From an uncultured Anaerolineales bacterium (GTDB lineage: Bacteria > Chloroflexota > Anaerolineae > UBA2200), in the NCBI GenBank assembly GCA_964478725.1, contig CAYZKS010000001.1:2903-66902 (forward strand): a DNA stretch of 64,000 nucleotides. Direction: 5' to 3'. Positions 8,507 to 17,351 of the stretch are shown here, in pieces. Under the pieces are notes generated by a model. It saw only the letters and a list, made by a program, of their open reading frames with translations, was not told where the DNA came from and made no database searches. The translations under genes were made by a program, and so were the position numbers. Numbering within the stretch: the first letter of the stretch is position 1; every line of letters begins with the position of its first letter.

Positions 8507-8911
8507 ATGAAGTTCTCGGCCAAAGAGCAGTATGGATTGCGTGCCATGGTAGAGCTGGCGAAGCGCTACGGGCAAGGTCCGGTGTCGCTTGGCACCGTAG
8601 CCCAGAGCCAGGCCATCTCTCTGGCCTTTCTGGAGCAGGTGGTCATGCCGCTGCGCGCGGCCGGTCTCCTGGATAGCACCAGAGGGGCGAATGGCGGATA
8701 CGCGCTCACGCGCAATCCCGGATCTGTCACGGTGGCAGAGATATTGCGGGCGCTTGAGGGTGATGTGGTGTCCTTCTCCTGTGTCAGCAATGCGGCCGAT
8801 GCACCCTGCAAACGCGGAGAGGGCGCTTGTGGGGCCAGACAAGTGTGGGAGCGCGTGCAGGGAAGGCTTACCGAAGCCCTGGATGCCACCACGCTGGCTG
8901 ACCTGTGCTAA
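8507..8911 (+). CDS. Rrf2 family transcriptional regulator (CymR/IscR-like)
   Basis: N-terminal winged-helix region (KEQYGLRAMVELA...ISLAFLEQVV). Its position directly upstream of iscS and mnmA mirrors the Bacillus cymR-yrvO-mnmA arrangement. Confidence 0.85.
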   Translation: MKFSAKEQYGLRAMVELAKRYGQGPVSLGTVAQSQAISLAFLEQVVMPLRAAGLLDSTRGANGGYALTRNPGSVTVAEILRALEGDVVSFSCVSNAADAPCKRGEGACGARQVWERVQGRLTEALDATTLADLC

Positions 8912-8943
8912 TGGTCAGGCGAGCGCAGAATAAGTACTGAAAG

Positions 8944-10128
8944 GTGTCAAACATGCAGAAGCGTGCACGATTTGTCTATCTTGATCATGCTGCGACGACC
9001 GCAGTGGACCCTCGCGTGGTCGACGCGATGTTGCCCTACTTCACAGAGAAATATGGGAATGCTTCCAGCATCTATTCCAAGGGACGCGAGGCTCACCAAA
9101 GCATGGAGACTGCGCGCCAGACCGTGGCTGACTTGATGCACGCGGATGCAAAAGAGATCATCTTTACCAGTTGTGGGTCAGAAAGCGACAACCTGGCGAT
9201 TCGTGGTGTGAGCTTCGCCAGTCGCGACAAAGGCAATCACATCATCACCACGCCCATCGAGCATCACGCGGTGAGCCATACCTGCGAGCAATTGCACAGG
9301 GAGTTCGGTTTTGAAATCACGTACTTGCCGGTGGACAAGTACGGCGTAGTGGACCCGGACGATGTGGGACGCGCGATTACGGACAGGACGGTGCTCATCA
9401 CCATCATGTATGCCAACAACGAAGTGGGTACGATCGAGCCTATCGCTGAGATAGGCAAGATCGCCCGCGCCAAAGGCGTGGCGTTCCACACCGATGCAGT
9501 GCAGGCGGGTGGGACTCTGGACCTTGACGTCCAGACACTCAATGTGGACCTGCTCTCTCTTTCGGCGCACAAATTCTACGGACCCAAAGGGGTGGGTGTG
9601 CTCTTCCAGCGACGCGGTACACCGCTACTGCCGATGCAGACTGGCGGTGACCATGAACGCGGACGGCGTGCGGGGACCGAGAACGTTCCCTACATGGTTG
9701 GGCTGGCCACGGCCCTCCAACTGGCCTATGAGCATCGTGATGCGAATAACTCGCGCATTGCGGCGTTGCGCGATCAACTCGTCAAGGGGGTGCTAGAGGC
9801 GATTCCGGATTGCCATCTGAACGGCCACCCGGCCAACCGCCTTCCCAACAACGCGAATTTTGCCTTCTCAGGCATAGAAGGCGAATCAATCGTGCTGAAT
9901 CTAGACCTGATGGGCATCGCTGCCAGCTCTGGGTCGGCATGTTCGTCTGCATCCATGGAACCATCGCACGTGCTCGTGGCGCTGGGCCTGCCAGCAGAAC
10001 TTTGCCACGGCAGCTTGCGGCTCAGCCTGGGGAACGAGAACACGGAAGAGGACGTGAACTATGTGCTGTCGGTTCTTCCGGGTATCGTGAGCAAATTGCG
10101 GGCTATGTCCCCAGTCTACAAGGCATGA
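8944..10128 (+). CDS. iscS: Cysteine desulfurase (NifS/IscS family, PLP-dependent)
   Basis: LDHAATT, the PLP-lysine region SAHKFYGPKGVG, and the active-site loop SSGSACSS; 394 aa. Confidence 0.9.
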   Translation: MSNMQKRARFVYLDHAATTAVDPRVVDAMLPYFTEKYGNASSIYSKGREAHQSMETARQTVADLMHADAKEIIFTSCGSESDNLAIRGVSFASRDKGNHIITTPIEHHAVSHTCEQLHREFGFEITYLPVDKYGVVDPDDVGRAITDRTVLITIMYANNEVGTIEPIAEIGKIARAKGVAFHTDAVQAGGTLDLDVQTLNVDLLSLSAHKFYGPKGVGVLFQRRGTPLLPMQTGGDHERGRRAGTENVPYMVGLATALQLAYEHRDANNSRIAALRDQLVKGVLEAIPDCHLNGHPANRLPNNANFAFSGIEGESIVLNLDLMGIAASSGSACSSASMEPSHVLVALGLPAELCHGSLRLSLGNENTEEDVNYVLSVLPGIVSKLRAMSPVYKA

Positions 10129-11240
10129 CCGAAGCGCAGCTCGCAACACCAAAGCGAGTCGTGGTTGCTCTCAGCGGAGGCGTGGACAGTTCGGTAGCGG
10201 CAGCGCTCTTGGTGCAGCAAGGGTATGCTGTCTCGGGGATCATGTTGCGGCTGTGGACGACCACCAGCAATGAGTACACCGGCAATGACCGCTTTTCCGA
10301 GGTTGATATCGCGGACGCGCGCCGCGTCTGCGCGATGCTAAACATCCCGTTTCGTCTGGTGAATGTGGATGCAGAGTTCAAGTCACGCGTGGTGGACTAC
10401 TTCTGCGACGGCTACGCCCGTGGTCAGACGCCCAATCCATGTTTGGCCTGCAACCTGCATATCAAGTTTGGCGTGCTTCTGCGTCTGGCTATTGAGGCTG
10501 GTGCTGACTATCTGGCTACTGGGCACTATGCGCGTGTCCTGTCGCGGGAAGGGCAGCACTTTCTGCTGAAGGGCCTGGATAGATCCAAAGATCAATCATA
10601 TGTCCTGTACATGCTGGGTCAGCAGCAATTGGGGCACGTGCTCTTCCCCGTGGGTGGCTTGACCAAGCACCAAGTGCGTGCGCTGGCATCCAAGCACGGC
10701 CTACCCACTGCTGCGCGCTCGGCAAGCCAAGACGCCTGTTTTGTGGGCGCGACTGACTATCGCGCCTTTGTAGCACGAGCCCGACCGGAAACCGTGCGCG
10801 CGGGTCCGATTCTGGATCAGGATGGCCGTGTGTTGGGAGAGCACCACGGCGTGGCTTTTTACACCGTCGGCCAGCGTCAGGGAATGGGGATCGCGGCAGC
10901 GCATCCCCTGTACGTGCTGGCTGTGGACGCTGCGCGTAATGCCATCATCGTCGGGCCGAGATCTGCGCTCTTGCAGCGCGAGCTGCTCGCCGAGCAGGTG
11001 CGCTTTGTTGCCGACAGCGCGCCAGAGTCGGCGATATGCATCTCCGCCAAGATTCGCTACAAGGCGCCGGAGGCGCTGGCGACGTTGATCCCTTTACCTG
11101 GCAAGAGAGCGCGTGTAGTGTTTGCCGAACCGCAAATAGCGATCACGCCGGGGCAAGGCGTGGTTTTCTACGCCGGCGAAGCAGTGCTCGGTGGAGGAAT
11201 TATCGCCGGCTCTTCGCCCAGTGAGGTGCCATGTGCCTAA
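10125..11240 (+). CDS. mnmA: tRNA-specific 2-thiouridylase MnmA
   Basis: PP-loop SGGVDSS, catalytic PNPxLxCN region, C-terminal MnmA domains. ATG overlaps the iscS stop (ATGA). The ORF-table start at 9810 is an artefactual N-terminal extension inside iscS. Confidence 0.9.
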   Translation: MTEAQLATPKRVVVALSGGVDSSVAAALLVQQGYAVSGIMLRLWTTTSNEYTGNDRFSEVDIADARRVCAMLNIPFRLVNVDAEFKSRVVDYFCDGYARGQTPNPCLACNLHIKFGVLLRLAIEAGADYLATGHYARVLSREGQHFLLKGLDRSKDQSYVLYMLGQQQLGHVLFPVGGLTKHQVRALASKHGLPTAARSASQDACFVGATDYRAFVARARPETVRAGPILDQDGRVLGEHHGVAFYTVGQRQGMGIAAAHPLYVLAVDAARNAIIVGPRSALLQRELLAEQVRFVADSAPESAICISAKIRYKAPEALATLIPLPGKRARVVFAEPQIAITPGQGVVFYAGEAVLGGGIIAGSSPSEVPCA

Positions 11241-11487
11241 CCTTCTCACAGTAGTCTTGTCGCTGGCCATCGCCACTCTCCATGCCGCTCTCTTTCACCT
11301 GTTCTGGGGGAAGTCTCTGAAGGAGTTGCTTGGGCACTGGTTGGCTGCTTTGCTGGGCTTCGGCGCCGGGCAGCTGCTGGCTTCTGAGCTGAGCTGGGGC
11401 GACGTACGCATTGGCGAGTTGCACGTATTGAGCGCTTCGATGTTCTGCTGGCTCTGTATGTTCCTTGCGCGGCGGATCAAGTTGTGA
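11191..11487 (+). CDS. Hypothetical small membrane protein (start uncertain, possibly GTG near 11229)
   Basis: Two predicted TM helices (LLTVVLSLAIATLHAALF; WLAALLGFGAGQLLA). No recognisable family. Confidence 0.3.
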   Translation: MEELSPALRPVRCHVPNLLTVVLSLAIATLHAALFHLFWGKSLKELLGHWLAALLGFGAGQLLASELSWGDVRIGELHVLSASMFCWLCMFLARRIKL

Positions 11488-11510
11488 TATAATCGAGGCG
11501 GGAGCGGAAC

Positions 11511-11810
11511 ATGCAAATCGTGGCCGTACGCGACATTGCCATTATCGTCCTGGCGCTGGAATCAATCGTCATTGGCGTCTTGCTTGCACTACTGCTCTGG
11601 CAGGTGCGTGGCTTGGCCAGGATGCTGCAGGACGAAGTCAAGCCCATCCTGGATGATGCACGCAAGACTGCAGGTGCCGTCAAAGGCACCACCAAACTGG
11701 TAAGTGAGACCATCGTCACTCCGGCTGTCCAGCTCAGCAGTCTTGCGACTGGCATCCGCCGGACTGTGGACTTGATTCTGGGTTTGTCGCCGCGGTCTCG
11801 GCAGGAGTGA
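11511..11810 (+). CDS. DUF948-like membrane-anchored protein (YtxG-like)
   Basis: N-terminal TM helix followed by a charged or coiled region; lies directly upstream of a YtxH-family gene, as in the Bacillus ytxGH arrangement. Confidence 0.45.
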   Translation: MQIVAVRDIAIIVLALESIVIGVLLALLLWQVRGLARMLQDEVKPILDDARKTAGAVKGTTKLVSETIVTPAVQLSSLATGIRRTVDLILGLSPRSRQE

Positions 11811-11877
11811 GCATAGGCCGCGTGCTCTCGGTCAATACAAGGCGTCGGATCAAAGACCTTAAGGAAGGGGTGCATTC

Positions 11878-12225
11878 ATGAGCGATCAAAGAGGTGCTGG
11901 GGAATTCTTGGCGGGTGTGCTGATTGGCGGTCTTTTGGGGGCAGCGGTTGGGGCTAGTGTGGCCCTCTTGATGGCTCCGCAGCCTGGCGAGGAGACGAGA
12001 GCTCAACTCCGTCAGAAAGGCATCGAGTTGAAGGAGCGCGCCTTTGAGCTCAGCGAAGAGGCACGCAAGAGGGCTGGTGAGTGGCAGGAAGAAGGCCGCA
12101 CGGCCATTGAGTCTCAGAAGACGCGTGTGGTAGAAGCGGTTGAGGAAGGCAAGAAGGCTGCGACAAGGAAGAAGAAAGAACTATTGCAGCAACTGGAAGA
12201 GGAAAGCGGCCAGACCGAGGCCTAG
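11878..12225 (+). CDS. YtxH domain protein
   Basis: FLAGVLIGGLLGAAVG...APQPGEETR, the YtxH N-terminal signature, followed by a Lys/Glu-rich helical tail. Confidence 0.7.
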   Translation: MSDQRGAGEFLAGVLIGGLLGAAVGASVALLMAPQPGEETRAQLRQKGIELKERAFELSEEARKRAGEWQEEGRTAIESQKTRVVEAVEEGKKAATRKKKELLQQLEEESGQTEA

Positions 12226-12260
12226 CCTGGGCCGTTGAGACTCAGCAAAAGCCAATGTAT

Positions 12261-12288
12261 GAAGGGGCGTGCGCGGAGCCGCCCCTTC
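12261..12288. terminator. GC-rich hairpin (9-bp stem GAAGGGGCG / CGCCCCTTC, 10-nt loop); putative bidirectional intrinsic terminator between convergent genes
   Basis: Perfect 9-bp stem seen in the sequence. Flanked by T/C-rich tracts on both strands; sits between the ytxH-like gene (+) and maoC-like gene (-) 3' ends. Confidence 0.5.
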
Positions 12289-12338
12289 TTCCTCTGTACG
12301 CGACGTGCTGAGGGCTGTGGGGGCTACTGGATAATGCA

Positions 12339-12848
12339 CTAAGGAGTGGTTGCTCGGCTCTTCAGCAGTAGTGTCCACTGCCCTTCCTGCGTCACCTCAT
12401 CCTTTTGATTCCTCAGTTCGGCCTGAATGAAGACCAACCCAGCGCTCAGGCGCTTGACCTCTCTCTTGGCGACTACCTTGGCACGCAATTGCACCGTGTC
12501 GCCAATCAAGATTGGCGCCTTGAACTTCCATTCCAGACCCATGAACGCCTCGGCTGTCCCTTCCATGAAGCCCAGCCGAGCCGCCAACCCGGACGCCACA
12601 GCCAGACCCAGCAGTCCGTGCGCGATCCGGCGACCGAAGCGGCGCTGCCGGGCGTACTCCTCATTGCTGTGGAGCTCGTTGTAGTCACCTGAAAGCCCGC
12701 AGAAGTTGACCAGATCGGTCTCGGTAATGGTACGGCCTGGAGTGACCATCGTGTCGCCCACCTGCAAATCCTCGAAGTAGAGCCCTTTGACTCGATACTC
12801 AGTGTTGGTCACTGTTGTGTGCCCTCCTGCATTTGTCAGTGCTTCCAC
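12339..12848 (-). CDS. MaoC-like (R)-specific enoyl-CoA hydratase / hotdog-fold dehydratase
   Basis: Hotdog-fold pattern with the conserved GDxNxxH catalytic motif (GDYNELHSN) and IAHGLL. Confidence 0.75.
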   Translation of the reverse strand: MEALTNAGGHTTVTNTEYRVKGLYFEDLQVGDTMVTPGRTITETDLVNFCGLSGDYNELHSNEEYARQRRFGRRIAHGLLGLAVASGLAARLGFMEGTAEAFMGLEWKFKAPILIGDTVQLRAKVVAKREVKRLSAGLVFIQAELRNQKDEVTQEGQWTLLLKSRATTP

Positions 12849-13615
12849 TTGGCTAGCACCGATTCAAGGGCCTCGGCCAGGGCTTCTGGCTTCTCCGTCA
12901 TCACCATGTGACCGGAACCCTCGATCAGTTTCAGTTCAGCTCCGACGATCTTTTCCTGGAGGAACGTGGAGTACTTGACTGGTGTGAGGCGATCCTCCGT
13001 GCCACACACGACCAGCGTTGGAAAGCGCATCTCCTGCAGGCGATCCATCACATCAAAGGCGTTGCAGGCGGCAAAGTCGTCATGGATCGTTTGCGGGGCG
13101 ACTTTCAGCATTTGTAGCTGTCCCTGCCGTACCAGTTCACGTGGCGTCCAGGCCGAGTAGGCGGTGGCGCAGATCAACTCGATCGTAGCAGCCGGGTCGG
13201 AGAGCATGCCATCCAGTATCGCGCGCAATACGCGCAGCCGAGCGCCGCTTCCTACCAGTATCAGTCCCGAGACCCGCTCCGGATAGCTCAGAGACGCCTG
13301 CATGGCGATGGCGCCCCCCATCGAGTGCCCCGCAAGGAACGCACGCTCAATCCCCAGGGCATCCAGGAACTGCCGGACGCGGGAAGCATAGTCCGTGATG
13401 GAAGTGAGACCGGACCCGCCGGAGCGGCCGTGACCCGGGAGATCCAACGCATAGACGTTGGCGGCGCGCAGCTTACGTACTGCGCCGCCCCAGTGCTGAT
13501 GGTTCCCGCCTGCGCCATGTATCAGTATCAGATGGGGTGCGTCTGGCAGGCTGCTGCGATGGAAGGCGTAGAAGATTCTCTCACCACCTGCTATCGCATA
13601 GGGCATGGGCGCCAT
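12836..13615 (-). CDS. Alpha/beta-hydrolase fold protein
   Basis: HGAGG oxyanion region, GHSMGG nucleophile elbow, catalytic-triad spacing; 259 aa. Confidence 0.8.
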   Translation of the reverse strand: MAPMPYAIAGGERIFYAFHRSSLPDAPHLILIHGAGGNHQHWGGAVRKLRAANVYALDLPGHGRSGGSGLTSITDYASRVRQFLDALGIERAFLAGHSMGGAIAMQASLSYPERVSGLILVGSGARLRVLRAILDGMLSDPAATIELICATAYSAWTPRELVRQGQLQMLKVAPQTIHDDFAACNAFDVMDRLQEMRFPTLVVCGTEDRLTPVKYSTFLQEKIVGAELKLIEGSGHMVMTEKPEALAEALESVLAKWKH

Positions 13616-13680
13616 CCTTTCACGCGAAAGGACGAGGTCGCCAACACCTCGCCCTTCCTGATCGCTGTGATGCTTCGTCG

Positions 13681-13899
13681 CTAGGCTGGTTGTTGAGCGT
13701 CAGCTGGCTTTGAGACCGCTTCGTTCAGGTCTTTGACCAGCGCGTCCACGTCAATCCCATGCGCTGCCGCGCCTTGCTCAATATCCTCAAAGCGTGCGAT
13801 GGCGCATCCGAAACACATCAGCCCGTGGTGCAGAAATACCGGGATGGTCTCTGGGTGCTTCTCCACCACCTCGCCGATGGGCATGTTCTTGGTGATCAT
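13681..13899 (-). CDS. DUF1858 small redox-disulfide domain protein
   Basis: 72-aa protein with the CxxC pair MCFGCAI and a HPETIPVF motif typical of DUF1858 domains; lies immediately downstream of trxB on the same strand. Confidence 0.55.
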   Translation of the reverse strand: MITKNMPIGEVVEKHPETIPVFLHHGLMCFGCAIARFEDIEQGAAAHGIDVDALVKDLNEAVSKPADAQQPA

Positions 13900-13951
13900 C
13901 GTGTAATGTCTCCTTCTTTGGATTCGGTTTCGTCCATGCTTGCATGCCTAA

Positions 13952-14893
13952 TCACGCCTGGCGCTGCGGATAGGCGTGTCCTTCCATTTCTGCAATGAAC
14001 TCCTCGGCTTGCATGGCCGCGATGGCGCCACTGCCCACTGCGGTCGCGACCTGCTTCAGAGCCCGTTCCTGCACATCGCCGGCTGCGAAAACTCCTGGTA
14101 CGCTAGTGTGCATGGCACGATCAGTGATGATATAGCCCTGATCGTCCAAGGCAAGCTGCCCTTTGAACAACTGCGTGTTCGGTATATTCCCCACATAGGA
14201 GAACATGCCCTCGGCGTTCAACACAGAATCTTCTCCCGTCTTGACGTTGTGGATGCGGATGCCGGTGACTGCCTGGTCGCCCAGAACCTCCGTCACGACG
14301 GAATTCCAAACTGGCTCGATCCTGGAATTACCCAACAGCCTTTCCTGTGCGATCTTTTGCGCTCGCAGTTGGTCGCGACGATGCACAATGTATACCTTGC
14401 TCGCAAAGCGGGTCAGGTACAGGGCCTCGTTCACGGCAGAGTCCCCACCGCCCACCACCACAACCGTCTTGTCCCTGTAGAAGAATCCATCGCAGGTAGC
14501 GCAATAGGATACACCGCGGCCCTTGAACTTGGCTTCGCCAGGTACGTTCAGCAGGCGAGGCGAGACGCCGGTAGCGATCACCAGCGTTTTGGTTTCGTAT
14601 GCAGCGGCGGATGCGGTGATCAGAAAAGGGTGCTGCTGCAACTGCACCTGCTGTACGTCGTCCATCTCGATGCGTGCGCCAAAACGCTCTGCTTGTTGTT
14701 GCATGCTTTGCATCAGCTCGAGACCGCTGATGCCCTGGGGGAAGCCAGGGTAGTTCTCGATTTCGCTCGAACTGGCCGCCTGCCCGCCCAGTGCATAGCC
14801 GCTAATCACAAGAGGAGATAGCTGAGATCGGCCGGCATAGATGGCAGCCGTCATTCCTGCCGGTCCTGAACCAAGAATCACGATTTGTTCCAT
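13952..14893 (-). CDS. trxB: Thioredoxin-disulfide reductase
   Basis: N-terminal FAD motif GSGPAG, redox-active CATCDG, NADPH motif GGGDSA; 313 aa. Confidence 0.9.
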   Translation of the reverse strand: MEQIVILGSGPAGMTAAIYAGRSQLSPLVISGYALGGQAASSSEIENYPGFPQGISGLELMQSMQQQAERFGARIEMDDVQQVQLQQHPFLITASAAAYETKTLVIATGVSPRLLNVPGEAKFKGRGVSYCATCDGFFYRDKTVVVVGGGDSAVNEALYLTRFASKVYIVHRRDQLRAQKIAQERLLGNSRIEPVWNSVVTEVLGDQAVTGIRIHNVKTGEDSVLNAEGMFSYVGNIPNTQLFKGQLALDDQGYIITDRAMHTSVPGVFAAGDVQERALKQVATAVGSGAIAAMQAEEFIAEMEGHAYPQRQA

Positions 14894-15111
14894 GCTGGCG
14901 TTGCTCCCCTGGAATCCGTTGCGGCGGGTATTCTACCCTCGATTCCGCCAACTGGCAAGAGCACTCGAGGCAGGCAATCAAGATGGGGTTGGGTGGCCAC
15001 AGCAGCCGATTGGGAATAGGGGGACCTGGCCAGGATCGGATGGCGCCTTGCCCATACTTGGCCTTTTCACACTCTTCCGGTAACATTGCGCAACGAGACG
15101 AAACCACAGTG

Positions 15112-15906
15112 ATGAAAGCAGGTCATTGCTCCGTGAGCGGCGAGACCAAGCAGCCCGAACCCCGTGATGCGCAGTCGAGAGCGATCACCTTGGGTCATCC
15201 CAGCTACGTGTGGCGTTTCGGCCAGGATCGCCGACTGGAACTGATTCGATACTACGCCCCGCTTGAAGACAAACGCATCCTGGACGTCGGTTGTGGCCTG
15301 GGTGCCTATGTGCGCAAGATGCGGGCCTTCAGTTCTCAAGTCTACGGTGTGGATATAGACCAGGATAAGGTGGCGCAGACGCAGCAAGAACTGGGCCACA
15401 TTTTCCTTGCACCTGCCGAGGAACTGCCCTTCTCGGACGAGTACTTTGACGTCGTGTTGTTGCACGAAGTGCTTGAACATGTGCGGGACGATGCCCAGGC
15501 CGTGCGCGAGGCGTATCGCGTCTTGAAGACGGGCGGTCGCATTGTGGTCTTTGCGCCAAATCGCCTGTATCCTTTTGAGACGCACGGTGTCTACTGGCGG
15601 GGCAAGTATCACTTTGGCAACATCCCGCTGGTCGGCTATTTGCCATCCGCCTTGCGCCAGCGCCTGTGCCCGCACGTGCGCGCCTACACTCGCGGCAGTC
15701 TGCAAAGCCTATTTACCGGACTGACGCACAGTATTGTCGTCCTCACAGAGATCTACCCGGGATTTGACAAGGTTGCACACAGCCGCCCCAGGGTAGCTCG
15801 AGCATTCAGAGATCTGTTCTATGCACTGGAACGCACTCCACTGCGCATCTTCGGGCTGTCTCACTTGATGGTGGTGGAGAGAACTGCGACTGAACAGGGG
15901 CCGTAG
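15112..15906 (+). CDS. Class I SAM-dependent methyltransferase
   Basis: SAM-binding motif ILDVGCGLG and a Methyltransf_11-like core. The ORF-table start at 14983 is a likely extension; the ATG at 15112 is preferred. Confidence 0.7.
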   Translation: MKAGHCSVSGETKQPEPRDAQSRAITLGHPSYVWRFGQDRRLELIRYYAPLEDKRILDVGCGLGAYVRKMRAFSSQVYGVDIDQDKVAQTQQELGHIFLAPAEELPFSDEYFDVVLLHEVLEHVRDDAQAVREAYRVLKTGGRIVVFAPNRLYPFETHGVYWRGKYHFGNIPLVGYLPSALRQRLCPHVRAYTRGSLQSLFTGLTHSIVVLTEIYPGFDKVAHSRPRVARAFRDLFYALERTPLRIFGLSHLMVVERTATEQGP

Positions 15907-15973
15907 CGTGCTGTGCGAGCAGGTGTTATGATACGCAGGCGCAGCCGAACCTGATTTGTGAGGGAGGTCAAGC

Positions 15974-17218
15974 ATGAGAAACAGGGTCGTGGTCACTGGA
16001 ATGGGAGCCATTACTCCAGTGGGGATTGGTCTGGAAGCCACGTGGAAGGCGCTGCTGGTGGGGCAATCCGGGGTCAGGAGTATCACGAGCTTTGATGTCA
16101 GCGGCTTTCCTACCCAGTTCGCGGCTACGGTGGAGGGCTTTGATCCCACGCAGTACTTGGATTTCAAAGAAGCCAAACGTATGGCGCGCTTCTCGCAGTT
16201 TGCCACTGTGGCGACTATGGAAGCGCTGAAGCATGCCATGCTGGACCTGTCCAAAGAAGACCCGACGCGTGTTGGCCTGGAAATAGGCACCGCTATCGGT
16301 GGCATCAACATCATCGAAGAGCAGGCCCACACGTTCCGCGAACGCGGGCCTGGACGAGTCAATCCGACACTCGTTCCGGTGATTATTGCCAACGCAGCGG
16401 CGTGCCACATTGCCATCATGTTGGGGATCAAGGGACCGACCAATTCACCCGTGGCCGCGTGCGCGACCGGCACTATGGCCGTTGGGCAGGCGCTGCGCCA
16501 ATTGCAGTGGGGCTATGCAGACGTTATGATTGCAGGAGGCACTGAGGCCGCCATCACGCCACTCGCGCTGGCGGCCTTTAGCCGTCTGGGAGCACTATCC
16601 ACACTCAACGCAGAACCGCAGAAAGCCTGCCGTCCCTTTGATGCCAAGCGTGATGGCACTGTGATGGGCGAAGGGGCAGTCGTCATGGTGTTGGAGACGC
16701 TGGAGCATGCGCACCGCCGTGGCGCACCCGTGTTGGCCGAGGTAACCGGCTATGGCCTCACCGAGGATGCCTACCATATTGCAGCCCCGGATCCGACCGG
16801 GGACGGTCCTGCGCGTGCCATGCGCCTCGCGTTGAGCGATGCAGGTGTCTCACCGCAAGAAGTGGGCTTGATCATACCGCACGGCACTGGCACACCGTTG
16901 AACGACGTGTCCGAGACCAGGGCGTGCAAGACCGTGTTTGGCGAACGAGCGTACTGCATTCCGATCAGTTCCAACAAGTCGATGGTCGGCCATCTGCTCG
17001 GCGCGGCAGGGGCCGTTTCCGCTATGGTAGCTGTGCTGGCCATGCACAACAACCAGGTGCCACCGACCATCAACCTGGAGAACCCGGACCCAGAGTGCGA
17101 CTTGGACTATGTCCCGAATCAGGCCCGCGATGTGCACGTCGACACGGCGATTGCCAACGCCTTCGGCTTTGGAGGCCAGAATGCCACTGTGGTGTTGCGA
17201 CGTGTCCCGCCGGAATAG
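15974..17218 (+). CDS. fabF: Beta-ketoacyl-ACP synthase II
   Basis: Active-site Cys in ACATG, the His-His catalytic pair (HGTGT; GHLLGAAG), and C-terminal GFGGxN; 414 aa. GAGGGAGG RBS upstream. Confidence 0.9.
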   Translation: MRNRVVVTGMGAITPVGIGLEATWKALLVGQSGVRSITSFDVSGFPTQFAATVEGFDPTQYLDFKEAKRMARFSQFATVATMEALKHAMLDLSKEDPTRVGLEIGTAIGGINIIEEQAHTFRERGPGRVNPTLVPVIIANAAACHIAIMLGIKGPTNSPVAACATGTMAVGQALRQLQWGYADVMIAGGTEAAITPLALAAFSRLGALSTLNAEPQKACRPFDAKRDGTVMGEGAVVMVLETLEHAHRRGAPVLAEVTGYGLTEDAYHIAAPDPTGDGPARAMRLALSDAGVSPQEVGLIIPHGTGTPLNDVSETRACKTVFGERAYCIPISSNKSMVGHLLGAAGAVSAMVAVLAMHNNQVPPTINLENPDPECDLDYVPNQARDVHVDTAIANAFGFGGQNATVVLRRVPPE

Positions 17219-17278
17219 CCTTCCATGACCCGCGAGGGCCAGTCCAGCTTGTTGGTCTGGCCCAATGGGCTCACAGCA

Positions 17279-17307
17279 CTTGTCACCACTCATGTTTTGT
17301 GCTACAC
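17279..17307 (+). promoter_or_regulatory. Putative sigma-70 promoter (TTGTCA-17-TACACT) upstream of the secreted-protein gene
   Basis: Hexamers with 17-nt spacing, about 45 nt upstream of the ATG at 17352. Confidence 0.35.
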
Positions 17308-17351
17308 TGCAACGCGGTGGTTCGAGGGGTATCTAGAGTGCAGAGGCGCAG

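Noticed and set aside
9810-10124. Long N-terminal extension of mnmA suggested by the ORF track (start 9810)
   Set aside because: The extension lies inside iscS in another frame and has no homology signal. The MnmA PP-loop begins right after the ATG at 10125, which overlaps the iscS stop (ATGA).
15067-16473. Minus-strand ORFs 15067..15705 (212 aa) and 15709..16473 (254 aa)
   Set aside because: Antisense to the methyltransferase and fabF genes respectively. Low-complexity Arg/Ala-rich translations with no motifs.
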